A model generated the notes under the pieces. The model ran no database searches, was not told where the DNA came from, and saw only the letters and a list, made by a program, of their open reading frames with translations. A DNA stretch of 63,267 nucleotides, counting the filler, from Cercozoa sp. M6MM (lineage: Eukaryota; Protista; Endomyxa: Ascetosporea), in NCBI GenBank assembly GCA_040357565.1. It is 8 parts of 8 records of this genome, joined end to end, with 100 filler letters (N's around TTAATTAATTAA, not from the genome) between each part and the next. Parts side by side here need not be neighbours in the genome. Positions count along the whole stretch, not along the records: positions 9,083 to 31,895 come from JBDODJ010000178.1; 7 more parts are not named here. One strand, written 5' to 3'. Position numbers and translations under genes: made by a program. This document shows positions 12,811-24,482 of this stretch, piece by piece. Numbering within the stretch: position 1 is the first letter of the stretch; each line of letters begins with the position of its first letter.

Positions 12811-15800
12811 CTACGGCACTTCACTATCTCTAACGTGCTTAAAACACAGTTTTGAGATCATTGACGCGAAGTCGTCGTTGTGTTCAGTTGTTGAAGCGAA
12901 GCTTGAACAAAGCCTGCGCCAACGCGGCACTGATAGCGATCGATCACTCGGGCACATGCGATGCATCATCCCTCTGCATCTTGGCCTACACCGAGTCAAG
13001 GTTGAGCTGGATCGAAACAGCAGACGAATATATCGCGTGGCAGTGCCAGGTACCTCAACGTGTCCGGATTCGCGGAGGAAGGCGTTGAACGACGAGCTTG
13101 CCGGTGCGCTGGTGGCGCCCGTGTTGCCGCTGTCCATCTGCGCGAGCCAGAAAGAACGCTCGCTGAGCTGCCGAGAGATGAACACACAGAGAAACTACCT
13201 TGGGCATGGCTAGATGCTTGGTCGCCGGCAGTGGTCTCAACTTGCCCACGTCAGGCATCTTGAAACTTCCCCTACACGCAAAAGCGTAGCACAAAAGAAA
13301 CACACTGACACAAAAAGGTACATGACACTGGGTCGCTCAAAACGCTTCGCGAGTTTCTGTCAGACAAATGCATATAGACAAATCCAACAACGTAACACAA
13401 CACGCAACAGGTACGCTTGCACTCGTCATGCGGTGGAAGGTTTCGTCTTCTGCCTCAGGGTTCGCCAGCGCGCTGTACTTGTCGCTGTGCGCACAAAAAC
13501 ACGAGAGGTACAAACACGGCACAAAGTAACACGTGCGTGTACCGATCGCCCACAACAGGCGCATCTTCAACTAGTCCAATGTTCTCCTTCATGCTGTCCC
13601 ATCGTTCGCTCAATTCGGCTCTCTGTCTCAAGGGAACGGGGGGGGGGGTAGTGGTGCACATCGTAGAGAAGTAAGTTGAATCAGTTGTACCATGTCCTCG
13701 TCATCGTTGATCTTGAGCATTTCTCGAGCCTGCCGCAGCATTGTGTTGCGCTGCTCCGTCTCCAACAGCTGTGATGCATTGAAAGCAAGGTTATACTCAG
13801 TTCTTCGCAAAGAAAAAGGCTAGAAACACCTCGGTGTGCGCTTCGAAATGTGCCTCCTCGCGGATTTCGCGCTCTTCCCTGCACTCTCGACGGCAATGAA
13901 ACACATACAACACACAGACACACACACACACACACACGCACACTTCCCACAAAAACGATAGGGAGACGGTACTTGCGAGAAACGAATTTGCCTTGTTTCT
14001 GAAAGCCGTCCTTGTCCATGTTGAGATCTTCCATCTGCAGGTACATTGGTACACAAAACAACTCACAGCACCGCTGACTGAACAGGTAAGCAGACTTCTG
14101 TTTTCGACCGTTGTCGCTCAAACTCGAATTCATCTGCCTCAAGAACGCCCATTCTGGGACACAGAAGCATCAGCTCGATCGATAGTAGAAAGATCAGACT
14201 GGACAGAAAGCAACGTACTCGTCGTAGGAGAGACGAAGTTGTTTGCGGTTAAAGTGACCCGCACGGTGAACTGGGATTTCAGACCATTGTTTTAGAACCT
14301 CCTGCACACACAAAAGCACACGAAGTCATGCCCACAGAGAGTCAAAGAAAACCGAGTCAAAACTGTACAGCAGGGAACTTGCGGCGCAGCACTGTGCGCA
14401 CAGCCTTCACTTTGTTCTCTTGCCGCCGTCTTTCCTCGTTGCTTTCGGTGGCTTCCGAGTTCTTGCCGAGCAACAAATCAATGTCTGCGGAGACAGCAGA
14501 TATTAAAAAACTATTGCATGAAGACAAGCGAATCGACTGAACGGACCTGGAATTTCAACATTGTGCTGAATGTAGCTTTCACTGTCGAGTGTATCAAAAT
14601 CCAACAGCAGCGGCACGTCCTTTTCTCTTCTCTGTTCAGCGCACGTCCAAAAAGAACAATCAAACATCAACATCAGAAGAAAAAACATCTGGCATACCGC
14701 CAGTGCTGCAGCAGCAGCTTCATCTCCGTGCTCCAAAAAGAGCTCACGCAAACGTCGTCTCGCACGGTACTCGAGCTCATTGACGCGCCTCCTGCACAGG
14801 TCCCACAAACACGAATACCCAGGGTCGATAAAAAACGGAACAAAAGCAAAACACCAAGCATTTAGATCGCTCGGCAAACCGAGCCGTTTTAATTCGCGTT
14901 TAGCGACCTGTACAGCACAGTAGATTTCAAAAGCGCGCTTTCGACAAAAAATGCACCTTTCGCCGTTGTTTCCGTCCGAGACCCGTCATTTTTACTCGTC
15001 CGCGCTGATGAAACTTTGCCTCAAGTCCCTGCGAAAATCTGGTAATTCACGGACAGCTTGCGAGGAAAACGAAAATACTTACAAATGAAGTGCGAGCATC
15101 CGTGACTTCGACAGAGGCGAGTGAAACACGTCCCGTCTCCAGTAATACGTCGAGCGCCATCTGTGTTTTCCGCAATTGGGGAAGGGCGTTCCAAGAAAAA
15201 GATGCGTACCTCGGGAACGGACAGGCCGCGTTCGATGCCTAGGAATCTCAATGATAAGATAAGATAAAAGCAGATAGCTCGTACCAAAAGCAGTGTTGCG
15301 AGCAAACATGTCGACAATGTGTGTGATCTCCAGAAAGACTTCGCGCTTTCTGTCAAGTTGCTGCAACACGGCGTCACAAGCTCTTCTGACCTGCCAACAA
15401 GCCAAGCTCTTGCGCAGACACAAAAGGGCTCGACAGAAAACATAAACTATACAGCTTCTTCTTCGCTTCGCAAACTTAACGTGATGAAACGTCTGCACAG
15501 AAAGGTACGAACTGAATTGCCACAGAGGGAAAACGATCATTGTCTGTACAGATCAGAGATATTCTTGGAGCGTCTTGCGCCTGTACCACAGCATGATATA
15601 AAGTTAAAGAGAACACAAATGACACATGTGCAGTGTAGTACGACGCAGCTCGCCCTCCGGAACTTCGCGCGGCAGGTACACACGCACCTCGGGCAGGCCG
15701 AGTGTGTTGGTCTGCGTCTTGTGCACCTGCAGTTTCCTGCCAGTCAGAAAAGCGAGATTTAGCGACAACAACCAAAGTAAAAAGAAGACTGAAATCTGAG

Positions 15801-16614
15801 TGGTACTCGGGCACGATAAGACGCGCAGTGCTGTCGCCGACGTCGATAAAAGTCGCTCTCCTGATCAAGAACATACAAAAAGTGGTTTCAAATACGATGC
15901 GCAGAGAGGAGCATACTCGTCGGCGATAAGACCAGCAAGGCCTTCGCCTCGCCCTTTAACGCCCTCGTGACCGACAGTGTTCCACAACACAGCGTCTAGC
16001 TGGTTCTCCTCACAGTACTCCAGCAACTGCGTCTTGCTCATTGCCTGTGCAACTCACCCGTGATAGCACACTATACGCATCCGCTTGATTGAATATATAC
16101 CTCAGCAACAATTCGGCCTCTTGAATCGCTGTAAATGTGCGAAATCCATCAAGTTTTGAAACAGAGAACACACACAACTGTACCAGACACGGTAGATGTG
16201 TTCCGGCCCACCGGGAATACCGTGATTCGCAGGCACGCCATCAATCTAAACACAGTTCCATGTCAGAAAACACATTAAGCACACCATTTTACAGCTCAAC
16301 ATACCGACGGCAGCATCGAAGGCGGGAACTCGCGAAGGAACTTGAGTCGCTGGAGTCGCTTTTCCTCCAGTTTGGCTGCAACAACGCATTCGGATGCAAG
16401 CAAGACATGAACAATGAAACAACGTACAAGCTTCTAACTCATCCAGCAAGTACCCGTCGATATCGCGTTGCAGCTCTCTCACCTGCAAACAACACCAAGG
16501 TCGCGAGCAAGGTTCACCCCCACCATTATTCTTCTCAAGACGTACAGTTTGTGAAGTCACATATGTGCGCAAACTATGAGGCTTAAGCCGCTGCCTAACA
16601 ACGGCCAGGCACAT
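12811..16614 (-). CDS. Large hypothetical multi-exon protein
   Basis: A chain of in-phase exons with GT-AG introns, e.g. GIERGLSVPE|MALDVLLETGRV...ARTSF|GLEAKFHQRGRVKMTGLGRKQRRK|VAKRELKRL...; no family recognised. Confidence 0.5.
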
Positions 16615-16787
16615 GATCAACGTATTATCACAGCGCCACACGCAGAGACGACCGATCGCGGCTCAATAAAAAACAACTGGCTACAATGCACGAGTAGATT
16701 TTCAGTACAAAAATACCAATAATATTAAGCAAACGCAAAACCGGCTAATAGGTGCCTAGTGCGTTTTCTGAGGCGTAATCGTGAGAA

Positions 16788-19734
16788 ATGCAAGCCCCAG
16801 GTATGTGCAAAAGCATGTTAGCTTGCAAAAACTCGTTTCGCGAACCACCGATCCCTTGAGCCAGCCTGCCTGTGTGGTTTCCGCCTGGCAGACTCGCTCG
16901 GGTCGTGTGGTCCTGTTTTCATGTTATTATGTGCCTTGCACCAAAACTAAATTGTCATTTGATCTTTTGGTATCTTCTTCGTTGCGAGAAAAGTACCTGT
17001 ATTTGGTATCTTTCATTTGCGCAGTCGTCGTGCTGAACCAGAACCAAAAACGCGAGCATGGCCGCAAGGCGCAGCTGCAAAACGTGCTGGCTGGCAAGGC
17101 CGTGGCAGGTAAAACTCGCTGCAGAACTTTTTTGCACCAGTGGTGACCTTGCTTGTTTGTGTGCGTGCGTAGGCATCGTGCGAACGACGCTCGGTCCGCG
17201 CAGCATGCTCAAGATGATCCTGGATCCCATGGGCGGTATTTGAGCTCTGCACAAACGGTGTCTGAATTGGACTGACTGGCTGGATAGGCATTGTGCTCAC
17301 CAACGACGGCAACGCCATCCTGCGCGAAATCGACGTGTCGCATCCGGTTTGTTCTCTGCTTCTTTACCCCCGTTCTTTGCCCTCTAATCCTCCCCTTTTG
17401 TCTTTCCTCTTGTGCAGGCAGCCAAGTCGATGATCGAGCTGGCGCGCACGCAGGACGAAGAGGTCGGCGACGGCACCACCTCGGTGATTGTGCTGGCTGG
17501 CGAGGTGCTCACGGTGGCGCAGCCGCTGCTGGAGCGCGGCGTGCATCCCAGGTACATTTTGTTCCTTCCTATATACATCGGTAGAACACACACACACACA
17601 CATATAGTACTTGTCTATATCTGTATTTTTAGATTTTAATTATGATATATTTTAATTATGATAGACACATCGTGGCCGGTTTCCGCAAGGCACTGGACGA
17701 CGCACTGAACGCCATGTCCGACATGGTAGTTATTTCGCCTTGTGTCTCCCAGGGTCGGTGTCACATCCGACTGTGTCTGTCTATAGGCACTGGACCTCGA
17801 TGTCGCGAAAGAGTCTGAGATCCTCAAGATCATCACGGTAGACACATAGATCTAGGCTTCAGTATCGTGTGGATACAGACGCTTGTGCGGATGCTTAGGC
17901 CACGTTGGGCACCAAGTTCTCCGCGCGTTTCGGCGACCTGATGACGAAGCTTGCTCTTGAGGCTGTCCTCACTGTATCATAGTATATAATCCATACCTAT
18001 ATAAATATAAACATATATATATATATATAGATGCATATATGTAGGTGCGCCGCACGCGTGAGGACGGCAGTACCGACATCGACGTGAAGCGATACGCGCG
18101 CGTCGAGAAGGTGCCGGGTGGCGAGCTCTCCGAGTCTCGCGTGCTCAATGGCATCATGGTGTGTCCGCATGCTTTACCCCCTCCCCACCCACCCCTTTAC
18201 CCCCTGCCTTTGCCTTGATGCAGATCAACAAGGACGTGACGACGCCGGCCAGCATGCAGCGACGTTTCGCGAATCCGCGCATCGTTCTGCTCGACAGTCC
18301 GCTGTAAGCTTTTGTCCCTTTACCCCAGCCTCTTACCCCCCCCCCCGCAGTGAGTACAAGAAGGGCGAGTCGCAGACCAACGTCGAGATCACGGTGTGTA
18401 CATGTGTGTGCAAGTGTCTGTATCTGTATGTGTCTGTGTATAGGCTGACACTGACTTCAACCGAATGCTCGAGTTGGAGGAAGAGTCGGTGGTAAGCTTT
18501 CAGTGTCCCTTCCACATCCACCTTTCCCCCCCCCCCCCGGGCAGAGAGCCATGTGCGACGAAATCCTGCGAGTCAAGCCGGACATTGTGCTGACCGAGAA
18601 GGGCGTGTCGGACCTGGCGCAGCACTTCCTGTCGCAGGCCGGCGTCTCGGTAATCCGACGCGTTCGCAAGAGCGACAACAACCGCATTGCTCGTGCCGTT
18701 GGTGCCAAGGTACACTTTCCCTACCCCCTTCCCCCACACCCTTTTACCCCCCCCCCCCTGACCCGCAGATCGTGCACGAGCCGTCCTTCCTGAAGGAGAG
18801 CGACGTCGGCACTGGTTGCGGTCTCTTCGAGGTGCGAAAGATCGGCGACGAGTTCTTCTCCTTCTTCGAGGAGTGCGCCGATCCCAAGGTACCTTNNNNN
18901 NNNNNNNNNNNNNNNNNNNNNNNNNNNNNNNNNNNNNNNNNNNNNNNNNNNNNNNNNNNNNNNNNNNNNNNNNNNNNNNNNNNNNNNNNNNNNNNATTTG
19001 CCCCCCCCCCCCCCGTACTCCCTCTTACCCTTCTGAGTGTAGGACGCGATGGGCGTTGCACGCACGATTCTGTTGGAGCCGAAGGGTACCACAACTTGTT
19101 GTTCTTGTTGTTATTATAATCTGGCATCCGCGCGGACAGTGCTGCCGGGCGGCGGTGCCACAGAGATGGCCGTGGCGCGCGTGCTGCGCGACAAGGCCGA
19201 CAGTGTCAAGGGCCTCATGAACGAGCCCTACCGCGCCGTCGCTGAGGCGCTGGAGGTGCGTTACCCCCTTTCTTACCCCCTCTGATTCTTACCCTCCCTC
19301 TTACCCCCCTTCCCACCCAGGTGATTCCGCGCACGCTGATGGAGAACTGCGGCGGCAAGCCGATCCGTCTGCTGACGGCGCTGCGTGCGCGTCATGCCGC
19401 CGGTACACTTTGTGTCTCTTTTCTGTATCTGTACCTGTCCATGTGTACCTGTCCATATGTACCTGTCCATATGTACTTGGATGGCTGTGCAGGCGAGGTG
19501 ACACTCGGCGTCGATGGCAACCAGGGCGTGCTGGTCGACATGAACTCACTCGGCGTCTGGGAACCCGTCACGGTCAAGACGCAGGTACGCTTTGTTCCTC
19601 TGCCCTGTCCTTGTCCCTACTGTGCCTGCTCTACCCCCTATGATGTGCAGACCATCAAGACGGCCGTCGAGAGTGCCGCCATGATTCTCCGCATCGACGA
19701 CATCATCTCTGGCATGTCGGCGCAGCAGCAGTAA
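16788..19734 (+). CDS. CCT3: T-complex protein 1 subunit gamma (at least 19 introns; one exon hidden in the N gap at 18896-18995)
   Basis: MQAP|[17 protein letters not shown]...[19 protein letters not shown]|[19 protein letters not shown]|[23 protein letters not shown]...[13 protein letters not shown]...[17 protein letters not shown]...[21 protein letters not shown]. Confidence 0.98.
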
Positions 19735-19832
19735 CCGAGTGAACACGCTTTCGACTAATTTAAAGTCGGCGTTTGCGTACGACATTCAGCATGACAGATA
19801 TACCTGCGTATACGACAACAGGTCGAATGAGT

Positions 19833-20405
19833 CTAGCTGTCAGTCATCCGTGAGACACCAGTGCCGAACGAGGTCAGTGGCGGCCTGTCTGCATCTGCAT
19901 GGTGCACCTCGAAACTTGGTGCCGCCAGATGACCAGTTGGAGCACCAGCTGGACTATGTGCAGCGACTCGATGCACTGGCGACACAGGCTCCAACTCCGG
20001 GTCACTGTCGCTTTCGCTGTGGCTGTCGCAGTTGATCGTTAGAGTCAGCGCTCCGTCCGTGTCGGCAGTGCGATCAGGCTGTCGTCCCGCGTCGGTACGG
20101 CGAGTCATGGCGATGGCGTCGGTGCGGCGAGTCATGGCGATGGCGTCGGTGCGGCGAGTCATGGCGATGGCGTCGGTGCGGCGAGTCACGGCGATGGCGT
20201 CGGCGCTCATGTTGTGCACCACGCGCGCCGGCGGTCGGCCCCGCGGCAACTGCTGCTTCGGCATCGATGCCCTCGTTTTTGGTCGGCGCGTTCTCCTGCC
20301 GGCACCATTGCGCAACCGACTGTGCAGCAGGGCCACTGATCGAAACATTAGCACCATGCCTGACAACACCGTGCCGCCAAAGGCTGCATAGGCAGCTGTT
20401 TCCAT
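19833..20405 (-). CDS. Hypothetical protein with N-terminal hydrophobic segment and 9-aa tandem repeats
   Basis: Open frame METAAYAAFGGTVLSGMVLMFRSVALL...(DAIA[M/V]TRRT)x4...; the ATG sits just after a tgcag acceptor. Confidence 0.55.
   Translation of the reverse strand: METAAYAAFGGTVLSGMVLMFRSVALLHSRLRNGAGRRTRRPKTRASMPKQQLPRGRPPARVVHNMSADAIAVTRRTDAIAMTRRTDAIAMTRRTDAIAMTRRTDAGRQPDRTADTDGALTLTINCDSHSESDSDPELEPVSPVHRVAAHSPAGAPTGHLAAPSFEVHHADADRPPLTSFGTGVSRMTDS
20089..20204. repeat. 27-bp tandem repeat, about 4.3 copies (coding)
   Basis: gcgtcggtgcggcgagtcatggcgatg repeated with 1-nt variants. Confidence 0.95.
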
Positions 20406-20745
20406 TTCCCTGCACAAAACAAAACACACACGTGTCAACCCAAAGCAGCGAGAGCGATCAACCAGTCCCAATACACAAAAGCTCTCGAAACCCACTCGTC
20501 AATACATACCTTTTTGTGTACGCACACGCTTGCTCTTCCTCATGCACCCGTACTGTGCTCAGAGCTGTTTTATTCATTTCCACCGAGTTTGCTCTGTCTA
20601 TGTGCGCGCTGATCGCGTGTGCACACGTGTGTGCAATCCTGTCAAACGTCACGTGTGTGCCTCAGGCCAAGGTTTAGCAAGTTTTTAGCTGATCGCGCGA
20701 CCAATAAACGGTTGCGAGTCGCACACGAGGCAGATCGCATCAGCG

Positions 20746-21487
20746 ATGTATCACGAAAGGCGCACATCTCGCGCTCGATCGTCTTTGAGTGCACCGGAAT
20801 CGACACGCACTTCGGTCGAAAACACGCACAGTCCCGAGCAGGCACCGGTCGGCAATGTGGATGAGTTCATCCACACCGTCGACGTCGCAGGCAACGAGCC
20901 CCTCAACTTGGGCCGCGATGCGGTGAAGCTTGCAGTCCCACGTGTGGCTCCACCGAGCACGAAGACTTACCTCTGCTGTGCGCTAGCCTCATGCACGTAT
21001 CTGTGAGTTTTTATCATCACACTGCCGAGTATTACTTATTACTGGTATGTAACCTACACCGTGATTGTAGGGTGTTACATGTCTTGCTGCTGTCGTTCTC
21101 ACGAACGCGCTGTACGAGCGCCGAGGAGGTGTGCCAATCGACCGACTCGGCCGACACAAACGCAAGCAGATCTAGAGGCGCCGCCTTTCACTTTCTTCTC
21201 CGACTGGAACGCCACAAGTCTCAGGCTCCGATGGTCCGTTAGCTACCTTACAATCAACTTCCAGTACAGCTACTTTTTACAACAGTGCTATGTATAAATT
21301 TACATTTGCCTGATTGATATTTAGTATCCTTGTTGTACTCGCCCACTACGTACTGTAGGACTGGTGGAAGTGGCTCATCGTGGCAGCAACGGCTTTGGGC
21401 ATCATTGTAAGCAAATATCTCCGGTCTACCAGTCTGTCCGCAGAACAGTATCAGTCCCTTGCATTTGCATGCAGATCGGAACCATGA
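20746..21487 (+). CDS. Hypothetical 3-exon protein with a Cys-rich segment and C-terminal hydrophobic helix
   Basis: MYHERRTS...YLCCALASC|TGCYMSCCCRSH...YFLQQC|YWWKWLIVAATALGIIVSKY...; introns are GT-AG. Confidence 0.5.
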
Positions 21488-22120
21488 TGTGCTACTTTTG
21501 GCTTCGTCGCCGCCGCCTCCGGCGCTGGGACTCGCAGACACGACCACTGCGCCTCGAAGACTCCATGATACCGGAGCATAGCTCGAGCAAGTCCAAGCAT
21601 CTGCCTCCCACAGAAGGCACGGTGATATACACCGACGCTGGTTCCAATTGCAAGACTTCGGTATCGTACTTAATTCTACTGTATCAATCTCACCTTGCGG
21701 ACAACGAGCTAGTAACTCTTCCCGTCTTACGTAACGTTTTGTTCATTCAGCAGCTTGCCGTTGCTGACTTTGGTGACGCCAACTTTGAAATCGGCGACGA
21801 CAGTAGCTCTGACTTGCCATAATCACATACGGTACTGTAAACTCGCTGAGGTGGGTTCGCTCACTTCGCTGCCGGCTGAAACTGAAACTTAACGAAGCGA
21901 AACTGTCTGAACCCTCCCCCCTCCCCCGCCATGTTTGCGCAATACGTATGATAGTGCGTGCAGGTCTACACGACAGTCTAGAAGTCGAGTTGATGGCGCA
22001 GTTTAGACAGCAACTAAATAATAAATGGTTGTGTTGTTGCCGTGCGACCGGACTTCAGGTGTTAGTTTGCAGCGCGAGATTTGTCAAGTGACCCGACTTC
22101 AAGAATAAAAGTTCGAACGT

Positions 22121-24269
22121 TCACTCAGTGTACGTGGCACGTTCGAACTCCGCCGACAGCGGCATGTGGTCGCTCACATGCTCAGCTGTCAGTTGCACAC
22201 AGAGAGAGACATTCGAGGCACAGAAGCAGTGGGCAGGTCAACTCGGGTTACCAGTGGGCAGGAATCGAGTCATGGCAAGCCGCTCGGCTTCTGGGCTCTC
22301 GTGCACGTACAGTAGAGCACTCCTACATGAGGGGTGAAGGGTAGATAGGGATGGGGTCAGAACGGTGTCCACGCACCTGCGGAGAGTGGCAGGCGAGTGG
22401 TAGATAAAGTCGATCTTGCCGGAATAAAAGTGCTGGCAGTAGGTCGGTTCGGCACGCACACCGTCTGTTCTCATCAGTTACAGTTACCAAGAGGGTAAAG
22501 GGGGGGGGGTAAAACTACCCCAGGCATCGCGCAGCTCCAACTCGTGGGAAATCTCCTTTTTGCACGGCTCGACCCTGAAACCCAGAATATACATTGGAAC
22601 CCCTGGCTACACCCCTGGCTTCAGCCCAGACACAGGTGGCTACAGTCCCAAAAGAAACCGTACGTATAATGGTGCTCGCGGAAGGAGGGCTCCAAATTGC
22701 CAGTTTCCAGTAACTCAGCAACTGCTGACCTGTGTGAGGGAAGGGGTAAACGAGGAGAATGGGGGTATACGGGGGGGGGGTAAGACACACAAAGTACCTT
22801 CCAGCACAGTTGAAGTCACCAGCAATAATCACAGGGGCCGACTCGACCGTCATGCCCTGTCGCAGAGAGGGTAAACGGGATGGGGATGAAGGGTAAAGGG
22901 GATGGGGATGAAGAGTAAAGGGGATGGGGATGAAGGGTAAATGGGATGGGGATGAAGGGTAAATGGGATGGAGATGAAGTGTAAAGGGGATGGGGATTAA
23001 GGCTAAAAGGGGAAATGCGAACCATCTCGCTCTGCTGCAGACGAATGCGGTGCAGCGACTTGTGCATCTGCGACACACGAGCAGCCACGGCATTCGGAGT
23101 ACCCTCTGTACACACAAGGTTGGGATAGAGGAGAGGTAGATATAGGGGGGGGGGGGGTAAAGTTACCAAGGTGACAGCAAGCCACGATGAGATGGTCTTC
23201 CGGATGCCGCGGCGGATCCACCTTTCGTTTCTTTTTCCTCTGTTTCTTTTTATTTCGTTTTTGGTGACTTTCGTGTTCTTGCAGCGGTTCCGGTGTTCCC
23301 ACAGTGTTCTCCAAGTGTTCCGCACTGGCTTCCGTGTTCTGCACGTGTTCCTCGCACGCCGGCACATTCTCTTCTTGCTCGACCTCCTGGCGGTGGAAGC
23401 GCAGCTGCAGAAGCAGGGAACGACTGCGATGGTCCTCCCAGGCTACAAAAAAGCAACTCTCAACTTGGACGACAGGAAAGAAAGGGAGAGACAGAAGAAA
23501 GCGTCGAAACTCACTGTGCGTGAACTTGTCGCGCTTGTAAGCGATGGCACACGCCATCGTGTGCCCATTCCGCGACTTTTTGCTTCTTTGCAGCACAAAC
23601 TCGTAGCCAGCATTGCTCTACAAAAATGAACATGCAAGGTCAGTAGTGGCACTAAAGCACTCGAAACGCACCAGGGCCTCGCCAAAGTCCTCTTCGAATG
23701 AGGGCAGGTCACACTCTGCTCAGCGAGATACTTATTGAGGTCCGTTTCGTCTGAGTCAGTTCAACAAAACAGTTTACCTTGAAGGCAGAGAACATCGGCA
23801 TTGCTGCGCAAAATTAGACGCTCAAGTCGAGGCCGACGGTGAGCCCACTATCAAGTGAGAGTTTTAGACTTGATGAAACGACTAGTGTCAGGCACAAAAC
23901 ACAAAACAGACGCACCTCGTTGCAGTGAGCAGGCAAATTGGGGTACTCATCCGGCAACTCAAAGCCGCGCTTTAGCAGGTTGAACGAGGTGATCGAAACC
24001 TTGCTCGCATCGCTTGAGTCTGGTTGAAAATACCATCGGAAAATTCCAAGATACTCGTCAAAACCTTCTCGGGGAAGCACGAGCGTGTGCACGTAGAACC
24101 TTCTCGGGGTAGCTGTACCGGAGAAACGATGCAGGGCGGGCAAACGGTTCACTTGCTGCGACATGGAAATTGGGTTGATATTGAGTAGGCGGAAATTCCT
24201 CGAAAGGATGGACGCGAGGGTCTTTGATAGCGCGGCGTGCGACGGAACAAAAAACTGTGTAAGAGACAT
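22121..24269 (-). CDS. CCR4/nocturnin/angel-family exonuclease-endonuclease-phosphatase (EEP)
   Basis: SITSFNLL...WAHRRPRL...ADVLCLQ|ECD...CAIAYKRDKF...VACCHL|EG...PVIIAGDFNC...GKIDFIYHS...SDHMPLSAEF; all EEP catalytic motifs are present. The start may instead be the Met at about 24164. Confidence 0.9.
22868..23000. repeat. 21-bp G-rich minisatellite (gggatggggatgaagggtaaa), about 6 copies, intronic
   Basis: Seen directly inside an intron of the EEP gene. Confidence 0.9.
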
Positions 24270-24482
24270 GCACACGCCGGCTACCCTAAGTTCGCTGCCT
24301 TTTCCGCGGCATCATGTAGCCACCACAGAATCATTGAAAGTATAGCCACTTTCCCCACAGAAGCTGTGCAGAGGCATCTCCGTGCTGGCTGTCGCTGTTG
24401 GTGTGTTTGTATTCGATTGTTGTGGTTAGAAACTCGTTTTACGCACTTGCGAGAGCAGTTGCGGCGGATTGTAGTGATTCTG

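Noticed and set aside
14985-14995. A stop codon 2 nt before an ATG, suggesting an operon-like arrangement
   Set aside because: A roughly 52-nt GT-AG intron (gtaag...ttttcgcag) joins both sides in frame as one gene.
20089-20204. CRISPR-like array
   Set aside because: The 27-bp units are contiguous with no spacers and lie in frame within a eukaryotic ORF.
21490-22080. Possible small minus-strand gene
   Set aside because: Splice-like sites are present, but no consistent ORF could be built.
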